A DNA stretch of 64,000 nucleotides. Origin: Acanthaster planci. Lineage: Eukaryota. How positions within the stretch are numbered: position 1 is the first letter of the stretch; every line of letters begins with the position of its first letter. The stretch spans positions 3,806,228 to 3,870,227 of the forward strand of contig NW_019091357.1 in assembly GCF_001949145.1 (NCBI RefSeq), read 5' to 3'. The notes below the pieces were generated by a model, which was not told where the DNA came from, ran no database searches, and worked only from the letters and a program-made list of their open reading frames with translations. Positions 52,101-64,000 of the stretch are shown piece by piece. A program made the position numbers and the translations under genes.

Positions 52101-54803
52101 TCCTTCACTGTGCCGCATTGTGCGTGTAGGATTGTATATCCATCTGATCACAGCTGCATGTCTGTGTGGTTTTGATTGGCTCCCGACTCCCCTTCTTCTC
52201 TCGATTGAATTTATAATGTTTATCTATCAGACTTAAATAACGAGAAAATAAAACTTGTACATAAACATTGCCTTACTCTTCAAGTAGCTTTGTGTTGGAG
52301 ATGCTGCCCTGCTTGCCTCGAAAACTTTTATGTTTTCCCGGCTATCACCAATTCCCGAAGTACCCAATGAAGCGCAACCTTTCTTTAAGGATTGCTTTAA
52401 TATTGCCAAGGATTGTATGAGATTTGTCAGAGAATGTGCATGACCTGTTGCTTAGTCGATGTGAAAGAAATGGTTTCTAATGATGATAAATCTGAAAAAA
52501 GTACTTTTGTCATCTACGTATCCGTCTGTTCTGGTAAGTAGAATGCTTTGGGTACTTTATTTAATTTTGGGTGAAATTCGAATCTGCGTTTAATGCCTTG
52601 GAAGTAAAATATGTGTCAAACAACTTAACTCAGGCCCATTCGAACCACAACGTGCTCTCTAAGAAAAATTGGCCAGCATCCTTTTGGATTCAAAGGATTA
52701 ATTAAATACCGTACGCTTGTGTTTTCATTTTTCTAGTTAGCACTGAGCCTCTTCGGTATGACCGGAGGTCCACTGCTGGGTCTGTACAGCCTGGGACTGT
52801 TCTTTCCCTGGACTAACTCAAAGGTAGAAATATCCCCACCACAACCATTTGAATGACAATGAACAATATCGTTATTGTCATCAGAATAAACGCAGGGTCG
52901 GTCATTATTATCAACCCCGTCCAACGATTCTCTGTAGTCTACTTGTACGTTCATTTTGAACTTCATGTGCCTAAGGGACTTTATCTCCTTAGCTCCATCG
53001 TTATCTTAGGCCTCTCTTGCGAAGAGTATCTACGGCATCACAAACCTCTCCATGTGCCGTCTTCCACAACTCCCATTTTGTCGAAATGAACTTTATGCAT
53101 GTTTTTCTCCTTGGTCAAAAAGGTGCCATCATGTCACAGCACTGCATGATCATCGTTATGGCCTCTTTTTGTTCTAAGTCACTTCACTTATTATTGTGAC
53201 TATCACTTTTTGCTGTCATCGCCAGCAATGTGGCCACCCTGCATGTGTTAGGTCTAATGATTGCTATCTTTTCCAAGGTTATCTGTTTCATCTGGGAAAA
53301 GAGAAACAATAAAAAAACCTGAAAATGTTTCCAAAACTGGGCTTAGCTCCATGTTCAAAACCAAACTTGTTTGTTTTTTGTAGGGTGCAATCACGGGGCT
53401 TGTGGCAGGTCTGGGATTCGCCTTTTGGGTCGGCGTAGGGGCAGTCATTTACCCGCCGAGTGCCTACAGACCGCCGCTAACCATCGAAGGATGCAACCTG
53501 ACCACCACGACACCCAGCCCACTTTTGACGACGACTCTCCCGCCAGAAATGTAATTTCTTAAACTGATTCTCATTACTGCTTGGTGACCTTTCTATCTGG
53601 ATCTATGTGTTACTTACACCAAGGTCGAAACTTGAAATCTTTTAATTAAGATGTAAGTGTTTTTGTGTCAGTTTGTATGATTACGCTCGAAGGTGATGGA
53701 TGTTGTTTGTATTTCTCCCCCATTAGCCCACCTACTGCTGAATTGTACACACTTTCATACGCCTGGTATGCTTGTGTCTTTTGGCTGGTGACCGTCTTCG
53801 TTGGAATATTGGCCAGTTTTCTAACCGGTAAGCTAGAATGCTACCCTCCACATGCAGCGAGCCAACTGGATATCATCATGTTTTTTAGAAGCTTATGCGT
53901 ATTGAATGCATTGTGCGGCATGGCACTATGACAACAAGTTATGAAATATTGTGGGGTCTGTGCCCCACGGCGCGCCCTTTGGGGTAAGAGAGGACGGGCC
54001 GATACTTGAATGCCATTGCCACCCACACCAAGCAGATATGTCAATTTACTCGCGGTGTGTAGGCACAAGGATTGTCCTCCTGTGAACCTGTCTCCCACAC
54101 TTGTCGACTCTCCCTGAAAAACAAACTTTGGCCATCGTGTTTTTAGCGGAATCACTGGAAGATATTTTTTACAGCCCTCCCATCTGGATCAAGCGGTGCA
54201 AACTGAAATTTGACGCACATGTCTATTTGAAGTGGTCGCAACAGCCAGTGAGTTCACGAGCGTGCGTCTAAGGCTCGCACATCCAGCACCAGCGCAGCCA
54301 AATGTTCAGTCGCTTCCTACTATCCTTCCGCCACAAGGCTTTAACTGGGCAAATTGAAACAATTTAAATAATTCCAGAATTCGACAGTACAGGAGGAGAA
54401 TACTTTTTATTTTTGTCTGTAGGTGCCACCAAGAGGCAAGACATCGACCCTGTCCTTCGGTCTCATTGCGTAGACGGTCTGTACTGTTGCCTCCCAGAAG
54501 TGATTAAGAAGCCACTGCGATGCGGAGACGAAAAACCGGTAAGATATGCACATGTGGACTTAAGAATGCGTTGTGAATCTGCAGGGGGGAAATGCTTTTA
54601 TAGTCAGTCTCTCGCTGCTCTTCCAGGATTACACCAAGAAAGACGAGGAGGCAGATGTGCTCGAGGTGAAAGAGATCAACCCATACTTAACTGATCCAGC
54701 CGTGGATAACGATGGTGTTGACATAGTGACAGTTGCCACGGAGCAACCGGAAAACACTGGCAAGGAGAACGGCCTGGACAACGAGGTCTTCTCAGCTATG
54801 TGA
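46114..54803 (+). CDS. SLC5A8: SLC5A8/SMCT-like symporter, paralog 2, 629 aa
   Basis: 15 exons: 46114-46464, 46931-46996, 48287-48338, 48680-48747, 49242-49396, 49981-50121, 50666-50801, 51122-51210, 51602-51714, 51967-52037, 52737-52823, 53384-53550, 53727-53827, 54423-54538, 54627-54803. Exon sizes are identical to paralog 1. Ends DNEVFSAM. Confidence 0.93.
47290..47640 (-). mobile_element. Degenerate Penelope-like fragment in intron 2 of paralog 2
   Basis: Visible nucleotide similarity to 44390-44700 (GTTTT.TTGTGTCAT..TGCCA; ATTGGTTCATGC; CA.TGCCTTC). Confidence 0.4.
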
Positions 54804-55158
54804 CCATGATGACAACGAAGATGCATTTTAATGGTGACGACGTACCTCTTGCGCGCAGAAGATTACGCCTGCCTTTGTAAATACTTTAAGCGCTTAGTAT
54901 GCCTCAATTTAGAAACCAAGGCCAGTCAGATTAAAACGATCGGTCATCAAAATACTTACCATATTAACATTAAAATACGACACGTTATGTGCTAATATTA
55001 CGGGCACACACGCACAAACCAGTTTGATTATTGAATTAAAAGGATTTAAACTTAATCGGGGTATTGAGGGAGCCTTTCATTTTGCTGTAACCTTTCACTA
55101 GAGTGGTAGCCAGTAGCTCTTCAGGAAAAGAGCAATTTATTGTTTCTGTAGCTTAAAC

Positions 55159-55164
55159 AATAAA
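55159..55164 (+). terminator. Candidate polyadenylation signal of SLC5 paralog 2
   Basis: AATAAA in the block homologous to 41880-41936. Confidence 0.5.
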
Positions 55165-56534
55165 CAGGCTCGGTGAACTCGTTCAACATTTCCAACGATT
55201 CGTGTTATTGTTCTGGACAGTGAAAATACTATATTCAGGACAGAGGTATAAAAACTTTCCGTATCACGTCTATTTCCATACATTTGTGTGACCAAATGCT
55301 TTATGAGAAATACATGTAATTTATTTTCCAACTATTCTAAAACATCTGTTTCCCTCCTCCCCCTTCTATATCGATTAAAATATTTGGTTTTGTAGCCAAT
55401 TGTTCAAGTGATTTGCGATAAATTTACTACACTATTATTGTTTACCCTGTTTACAAAGTGGTCTTGTGAAAGTCTTGTGAAGGGACTTGTGATGAAATCG
55501 AGTACTCAAATGCTTGCGGCAAGTACAGGACTGAGAAAGCAAAACGTTCGTTTCACCTGCAAGAACAGTTTCGAGTCAGCACACAGGATTTTCCGCGTCT
55601 GTGGTTACCCCGTTAAGGCACATTTGCGCCATTACTTCAAGGAAAGTCATATTTTCGTTGAGCGTTGTTTTGCTATTTGGTGTTTTGAGAGTTGAAATAA
55701 TGCGTGACCCAATGCAATATCGCAGGCTACAGATTTCGTCCGAGAATTCAAAGGCATTGAGCTCTTTCTTTTAACATAATTCTCCGTCAGGAATGCTGAT
55801 GAAAACGAACATATTGAGAGTAAAAACATATTTCGAGTTCCAGTATTCAATTCCATTGTTTAGGCCTTTTGTTAAGTTCTTTTCAAGGCCTTCACCTCCA
55901 AACTGGCTCCGGTTCTTCCTACTGATTTTTTTGGCTGGGTCACAAATGCGTGTTAACGACCACTTCAAGTATCAACAAATAAATGAGTCAATAAAGCACG
56001 CTGAGACTTAAAGGTGAACCTTGAACTCTTCCGTTGAGTGGTCAGACCACCACTATTTCTGGTTGAAAGAGACCATTTCAGATCCCTGGGAGGGCTTCTA
56101 TTGAAACACGGCCTTTATCGGTTTGCACAAGGAGCTGAAGTACTTCGTCGGCGTTGATGCAACACCTTCGATTGATTGCACCATAAACTTTATTCTGTAG
56201 TACGAAGGTCCCTACTATACTCTGAAAAAGGAACGTGATATAAGGCACCTTTAATTTAAAATATCGCCTAGTTGTGCTTTTAGATAATGAATTTTCCAAA
56301 CGATTCATTTAACACCTCTCTTAGTCCAACATGATTATTCATAGATGCAAATTAACTGTATCGGATGTCCATTCAGAGATCCCGTAACTCTCCGTGACAT
56401 CTTCCCGTCTCCCTCAAAAGAATTTAAAACTAGGTTTGGTACCGAGACAAGATCACAGACTGCACATTTAATCTCAAGCGCGGACTTGCAGAGAAACACA
56501 TCCTGCGCTAGACCTAACCACTCGCAGAAAAGCT

Positions 56535-59500
56535 ATGGCCGGGCCTGAAGATGCTACCAATTTCGGAGTCTGGGACTACGTGGTGTTCGGCTGCATGCTG
56601 CTCATCTCGCTGAGCATCGGCATCTATTATGGCTGCACCGGAGGCAAGCAGCGGACCACGGCAGAGTTCCTACTGGCCGACCGCAGCATGAACCCCATCC
56701 CCGTAGCCATGTCGATGGTGGCCAGCTTTATCTCTGCCATCACCTTCCTGGGCACGCCGGCCGAGGTCTACATCAACGGCTCTATGTTCTGGGTGTTCAG
56801 CCTGTGCTTCCCGATGGTTGCCTTAGTGGTGTCTCGCCTGTTCATCCCGGTGTTCTTCAGGCTGAACGTGACTAGTGTAAACGAGGTACGACGTGACATT
56901 GTCTCCAAATTTATCAAGATTTTACGTTAGGTCCCTCACAGGACACGAATCCCAACTGCTCCACAGACCATGTCTCCCACACACCCACACAAAACATAGA
57001 CACGTTCCTATGTTGTTCGTCAAGCAGTACATGTACCTTCAAGCATGACTGTTTCAAAAATGAAAAGGAACAAAAAAGGGCAGGAATGCGAAAAGATGAA
57101 GTAAATAGTTGAAAGGGGGTGAAAAACACCTATTTCCTCGAAACTTTGCTTGTTCATCATTAATCAGCTGATAAGCGCCTTGCCCTCTGGAAATTTTCCC
57201 CCTTAATAATTTTTCCCCATCGGTAAACATCCTAGCGACACCGATGCCTTCAAGACACAAACGAATCCGGCTTGTACATATACACCTTTGTACTTTCTTC
57301 CACTCGGTTGTGGACCTGATGGCTCCGTGCTCTTCGAACTTGAACACACGACGTAACCGTGCAAAAGAATCAGAAATAAGAAACGGAAAATACCTTTCTC
57401 AAATTACCCTTCTCCTTTTCAGTACCTGGAGTTACGCTTCAACAAAGCACTTCGCGTTTCTGCCGCTGTGACATATTTCTTTAACATGGTAAGTTTTACT
57501 TTTCCTTTTTCAACCATTTTAGGCAGTTTTATCGCTTACTCCTAATAAACATGACAGTCAGTTGCATGTCCTGGTCTTGAGTAAGAGACTAATAAATGTC
57601 CTAATCCCCAAAGATCAGGTAATGGACAATCTTAAAAATCTGATGTATTAATTGCCGCAGCCCCACAAAAAAACATTGACCCCCTACCTCTGGATACGTC
57701 CATTGCGAAAGATGGCAGTTAACTCTACGACTACTCAACACCATTTGTGCTCTCGACTAAATGTCATTTGACAGTTGACCTGATATCTCTTTTTCCCTCT
57801 CTGCTGAAAGGTTTTCTACATGGGAATTGTTATCTATGCTCCGGCCTTGGCGTTCAATGCGGGTTTGTATCTACTCTTCAGATCAACCTGTCTTTCTGTA
57901 GCCGAAACGAAGCCAAATCATTTCACTTCACCTCTAAGGCACGATAACAAAATAAAACAAGGGTTTTTTCTCATTTTCTGAGGTTGGAAGGACTCATTTA
58001 ACTACAACTGGGTTACTTTTATGGAATTCCTGCACTTTTCTTTATTCGTTTTAATACCAGAAAGCAACTTAGGAGCACTTGAAAGGGAAAATTGAAGTTG
58101 ACCTGAAAAGCTTACCTTGTACCATTACCTTACTTCAAGAAAATAACACTATTCTATTTTCTATCAGTTACCAACGTGAGCCTGTGGGGGTCTGTTCTAG
58201 CCATGGGACTCGTATGTACCCTATACACGACAATTGTAAGTAAAGACAGTTGTACATGTAAGCGAAACTCTTCACAGATTTCTACTGTCTCATTTAAAAA
58301 TCTGACTCTTGCTCGCTCTCCGTGCATTGTGAACTAATACTTCGAATCCCACGATACCTTTAGGTAGGTGTGGTTCGATGTCGACAAATTAATGCACATG
58401 ACCTCTGCATACCCGAGGTGACCCTCGAAATGATGAGATGCTTTGCCTCTTGTCGAGACACCGTCTCTCTGGAGCCATTACGGTGCACTTGACAGCATGC
58501 ACTCCTATGCAATGTCCCGTGCCACGCTTCGTCCACCTACAGCACATGCAATACAGGGCTGAAGATGCCAAGGTCAAGATATCATTACGGGTACTTTATC
58601 ATTAATTTTGGCAACAACCAGGGTGGTATGAAGGCTGTGCTATGGACGGATGTGTTTCAGACGTGCGTCATGTTTGGTGGCTTCCTGGCCGTCATCATCG
58701 AGGGCACCATACGGGTGGGCGGACTCGGCAACGTGTGGCAGATCGCCGAGGAAGGGGGTCGCATCGACTTCTGGAAGTGAGTATATCCATTGAACAAACA
58801 CTGTAGAGTGGAACTAATAAAATAAGCCGAATGTATGACACTCTGGATAGGACATTTTAACACTCCCGGTGTTATCAGAGGACTACACTAACACTTTTCA
58901 CTGGTTTTAAAATTTTTGACGTTATTTCAACACTCTTGGTGTTAATTTTAACACCCTCCAGTGCATTGTAACACTTGTCGGTGTGAGAAGTAATCCCTGT
59001 GGCGTTAACGTAACACCTTATGGTTTGGTTATCTGATAACACCCACAGTTTATGCAGGAAATACGAACACACAAATCCTGAGATGGAAAAGAAGCCGAGT
59101 ACTGAAAAATCGCATCCGTGGACTCACTAATCCTGCAAAGCTTACGGTGCGAGGGAGTGGTTTTCATTTGAATGTGCTCAAAACTGTTTGGTCACAAGGT
59201 GGTGTTGATGGTATTTTCCCTCTCACTGTGCCACCCTCGAGGGAGTAGGTTTCCCAGAGCCCATAATATGCATGAATATTCTTAATCATTTTATATACAC
59301 ATGCCTGTCAACCATATGCATCACATGTGTTTTCACTGCACGATTCATTTCCGGTTTCTCTTTTATAGTTTCAATTTTGATCCAACAATTCGCCACACTT
59401 TTTGGGCTATTGTTATTGGAGGAACGTTCTCTCGGACGTCATCCTTTGCAGTCGACCAATCCCAGGTGCAACGCTACCTCGCGACGGGAAGCATCAAAAG

Positions 59501-62500
59501 AGCCAACATGTAAGTGTTTAATGGGAGACGCTCAGACACATGGAGGCGGCAAACATGCCGTCCCCACGTGACCTGCTGACCATTGGTTAAGACAGGCTGA
59601 TCAAATGAGCGCAAGCTCAGATTGAAGCGAACAAACGTGGAAATGTCACGTGTTAGCGGTATGCCGCCACCAAGCTTCTCGAAGGTCTCCCATTCTTGCG
59701 CGTATCTCAGATACCTCGTCCAACCGGGATCACATGCAATCGTATTGCCTGTTGGGGATAAATGTAACAAAATCTTACACATACACGCACAGTCTCGTGG
59801 TGCAAACATGAATGACTGGTTTGCCTCAAACAAAACTCAAAACTGGATTCTTCACCCGGATCCGCTAAACAGCACAAATTGATGCTGACGGAGTATTACT
59901 GTACAGGCGCATTTGGTAACCACCTGTCGAGCTTACTCGCGAAAGCGTTCAATTTTGCACTCACTCAGGCCTCATCCAAGTGACCGACCCGACCCCCCCC
60001 CCGGCCGGTTACTTGATGAGGGGGCCCACGATGGAATGCAAAAACATCGCGACTTTAGTTCTGAGAAGAGTGATAACAAGGATTGTGTGGTGCACAGAGA
60101 CACCAATGCGTTGTAAATAATTCATAAAAATTTTTGCACAGAGGAGCAAATTGGTTCACATCACATAAGTCTTAGAATAAAGTTAAGATAATGTGTCTGT
60201 GCGTTTCTTTCGACAGTTAAGATTCGAGCTACAAATTTAATTGCTCTGCACAACCATTTGCATTGTTCTTTGATTACGACGGTTGTGTTGTTCACTGAAA
60301 CCTTTGACAACATTACGGGATTGCGTGAGGGAAGTAATCGAACGCACTGCTAGAGATTTGGTCAGTTCTGAGATTGAGAGCACGCATGATGAATCATACA
60401 GAGCTACAGACAATCCACTGTACGAACCAACAGTTTAGTTGAGGCCGAAAGAAGTTTTGATTCGACCAAATCCTTTGTAGATGCTGGAACAATAACTTGG
60501 TTCCTGACATTGCGTCAGCTGGACCTCATTCGACCGAATCACCTGAGCCCAACTCTCAGCCCACCCCTCCACTCACAAGTTCCGAGTGTAAGGGTTCTTT
60601 TGTCCTCGAGGTGATCTCGCTGGGTCAATTCTGAACTTTGGTCAGATTTGGGCCAACGTACAGGTGCGAGGAGATGATGCAATCTGTCAAAAAACAAATA
60701 CATGTAATATCTTTGGCGAAAAAAAGAAGATCATTCTCAAGGAATGAGCCCTTCGGCATCACTGTCGGTCTATATAGAAAAATAAAACAGTATCTATAGT
60801 ACCAGCTTTTCTGTGCAAATTCGCCTAAACAAAGCTAAAGGAGCAGGGTTACAAACGAGAGAGAGAAAAAAGTACTCTGGTAGACTGACGATAGGAATTA
60901 ATGCTCCCCTTGAAGCACAATATTTTGCAAGTTTGGGGAATACAGGAACCACACAAGACATCCGGAAGAAAATTATGCATCACTGAAGTTTCCTTTTTCT
61001 TTTGCACCTACGAAAAATAGCAGTGTAGGCGTATGGATGAAAGGGAGAAAAATACAGCCAGGTTACTCTCTCAAAAAGAGTGTGACTGGAGGAAGCACGT
61101 TTGGACAAACAAGTGGAACAGTGATCAGGGGCGTATCTGTTCAACGAACAGACCGCAATAAAGAGCCCAGCTGTGCGCCAATCTTACTTGCACCTATACG
61201 CCTGTGAACCATAGGCAGGTGACAAATAAAAACACCAGCCTATAAAAGATGGCAGAAACGCCCCATCAGGGGACACAGTTGGTCGCCTCCAAAATACTTG
61301 GCTATGCCTAGACTTGACTCAAGTCGGATATTTCCGTGACGTCTTGTTTTTATGCTTTGGATATGGAGGCCGCGCGTCGTTTTGCTTCGCACCCTCTTGT
61401 ATCCACTTATTACCACAAGTTATATCCCGACTTAACAAATCTGCCAGCCGTTTTTACATAGCAAATCGGCTGATCTATCAAACCAGCTAGCAGCCAATTA
61501 AATTGCTGGACTTGTTTTTACATCGTTCATATCTCTATTATAATGAACGGGACTACAAGTCTGACTATTTTGATTGGTGGATTTGTAGTCTGACTACTTT
61601 GATTGGCGTAAATTCTGTATACATTATGCAAGACTATGTCGTTCATATGCAGTTATGAATAACTCCATATCACCAACGGGCGTCTGATTGGCTAATATCC
61701 GTCCAGTCAGACTTGCTGACTAGGGATACACGTTGTACACTCTTTGACGTTGACACCAGATATCGCGGAAAAGCTATCAAATGAGGGCGCCTTATAAGAA
61801 GTTATGCGAGTGGCCGAATGCAACGACAGTACTGTGTGAACGGATGGCTGACTGGGGAAGAGCAACCTAAGTCCGACCTGATTCAAATCTAGGTTATGGC
61901 TTGGAATTACACACGGCTCTATTGCAACTAGCTTTGGCCACTACCATAGACTAGTGCATAGTTTCAGCCACAGCCAAGTAATTCGGACGCGGCCTCACTA
62001 TCAAAGACAAGTCAATTGTCGGTATCTGCCATTTCATCTGAATCCCTTTTTATGTATGGTTGCAGCTCTCTGTGCTTAGCGGTTTTCGGCATGGCCTTTG
62101 TGCTCACAATCTCCTGTCTCTCCGGAGTTGTCATGTATTCCTACTACGCGGACAAACAGTGTGATCCTTTCACCAGCGGAAAAGTTTCACAAACAGACCA
62201 GGTGAGAATCCCGCAGTGCGCGGAATTACTGGTGGCTTGTATGCTCTTCCTTAGCCAGAGTTCTCAACGATTAATTCTATTCTAACTTCTTTCAGGTGAG
62301 TTTGTGTTAGTTAATTCGGCCGTAAGCCGTTCGTTGCGTAAAGTGGCATTGCCATCAGTCCTGTTATACCCAACTATGGCATCTGTTTTTGTTTGCATTA
62401 GTTAATCCCTTACTTCATAATAGAGCTGTTTGGGCGGATCCCCGGCCTTCCAGGATTCTTCACCTCGGCTGTGTTCAGCGCCGCACTCAGGTGAGTTGAC

Positions 62501-63345
62501 GCTATTAGACAGCAATGATCTATTTAAAAAACAAAATAAAACAAAAAAAAACCAATAGGCTATTGGCCTTGAGCACTCTACGACCAATAGTAGTGTGAGG
62601 GGATTTTTGTTCAGTGGTGAGCTGAGTGGTTACGACTGGTTCCCTATGTGGGATTGCGATGGAGGGAACGGGTACCGGCGCGTAGCTTCAGTCCTTTGCA
62701 CAGCCTCAACATAGCCGAGGGATGACATTGAGGGGGTTCAGTAGACATCTGTCCCACTCAGTTTAACAAGATCTGCAAGTTGAATTGATTCGTTTAAAAG
62801 TACCCTAATTACATTGGAGGATGCTATCGATTCTATGACAGTACGGTTTCCTCTGGACTGAACGCTCTCGCCGCTGTGACAGCTGAGGATCTGGTCAAAC
62901 CGTGTTTGCCCCGCATTAGTCAGGAGCGATACACACTTGTCACCAAAGGCATCGGTGAGTACCAGTTCAGTACATTAATATATACTTTCTTGAAGACAGG
63001 TGCACGCAGCTGCAGGTTGTTAGCATAGTCCTCTTTGGAAGGAAACTAATTATTTTCAATAAAATATTTGACATTTCTTACACTTTTGTATGAGGAGTTG
63101 CACACTGTACTTGAAGGAATTGTGGCACAAGGGAATTGCAAAATAATCATTAAAGGGTGCGGAAATAGTACAAGGACACACCCGTCTGCTTTGCGACTCG
63201 AGCCTGCTTCGATTCGATGTCTGTACGTGTTCTCTATTGGAGCTATTGTGAAACAGTATGCGGCTTCTTTTCAGCATTTGGATTCGGCCTGCTCTGCATC
63301 CTTCTCGCCTACGTCATCTCGTTGCTCAATCAGGGCGTTTTACAG
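56535..63345 (+). CDS. SLC5A8: SLC5A8/SMCT-like symporter, paralog 3 (exons 1-10; continues beyond the window)
   Basis: Exons 56535-56885, 57423-57488, 57811-57862, 58168-58235, 58622-58776, 59369-59509, 62066-62201, 62402-62490, 62842-62954 and 63275-63345. Same sizes as paralogs 1 and 2; open frame. Confidence 0.92.
61408..61740. mobile_element. Degenerate MITE-like element in intron 6 of paralog 3
   Basis: Imperfect terminal inverted repeats (TATACCACAAGTTATATCCCGACTTAACAAATCTG / CAGACTTGCTGACTAGGGATACACGTTGTACA) and an internal direct repeat AGTCTGACTA.TTTGATTGG. Confidence 0.4.
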
Positions 63346-64000
63346 GTGAGTGCCGGTTTCTTGTCTAAACAGATACGGATTGAGATCAAGTCTGGAAGAC
63401 GACTCATTCGGGTATATGTTTGTCTCTACGGCTTGAATATTTTACCCAAGGCGGTTAGATATAAATGTAATCAACGTATGAAGCCCAACCACCTGGGTTT
63501 TGTATGTATTGCGCATGTCCAATGTAATATTAGGCTCGCGTTGCAGCCGTTCATCGGTATTACAAATATATCAAAAGTAAAAACACCAACAACTCGTGTG
63601 AAATGCGGTAGTCCAGCGGTTACAGTATAATGGTTTGTGATCTGTGGGGTATGGGTTCGAATTTGTGGACGAAGAGGATTTTTTTACAGGAAAATAAAGC
63701 CCGAATGTTGTATAGGAACCTCATTTCACACGTGAAGTGTTTATGGTTGAGCTCCATACATGGTTGCCAACGGTGGCTTGGCTTCATTCGTGTGGTTGCA
63801 TACATAGCCCAAGGCGCCGGTTCAGAATGACGGGGCTCAGCACGGCCTGTAATAAAAGATGGCGAACAATGAAATGAATAGGGATGGAGGGATTGTGATC
63901 AATGTAAGGGTTGAGGAGCACAAAAGGTCCACCAGGAAGTGCCGTAAATGGTTATCTCTGTTGATGTCCGTTTTGCCTCGTGAGTGGCAATGGTGATCAT

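Noticed and set aside
59900..61400. Expanded intron 6 of paralog 3 with coding-like composition
   Set aside because: Many stops in the frames examined and no motif I could identify; probably an old TE, but not supportable without a search.

Overview
Eukaryotic genomic DNA with GT-AG introns, AT-rich introns and GC-rich exons. It is most likely from a marine invertebrate deuterostome such as an echinoderm; this is inferred from domain content and repeat types. Two gene clusters sit head-to-head. (1) On the minus strand at 1-29.3 kb are three related group-A SRCR surface-receptor genes. Gene C is SP-SRCR-WSC-CCP-stalk-TM-tail, with an ITAM-like and an ITIM-like motif. Gene B is SP-SRCR-SRCR-S/T stalk-TM with a ~290-aa multi-tyrosine tail carrying an ITSM-like motif. 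Gene A is SP-SRCR followed by what looks like a decayed WSC exon, and runs to the window edge. (2) On the plus strand at 32-64 kb is a tandem array of SLC5A8/SMCT-like sodium:solute symporters: two complete 15-exon genes (629 aa each), a collapsed pseudogene between them, and a third gene (10 exons visible) with a strongly altered predicted substrate pocket. Introns contain CR1/L2, RTE and Penelope-like retroelement fragments, several MITEs, and 147-bp and ~408-bp CRE/E-box-rich repeats. All exon models were built by hand from splice signals and phase compatibility; no transcript or database evidence was available.
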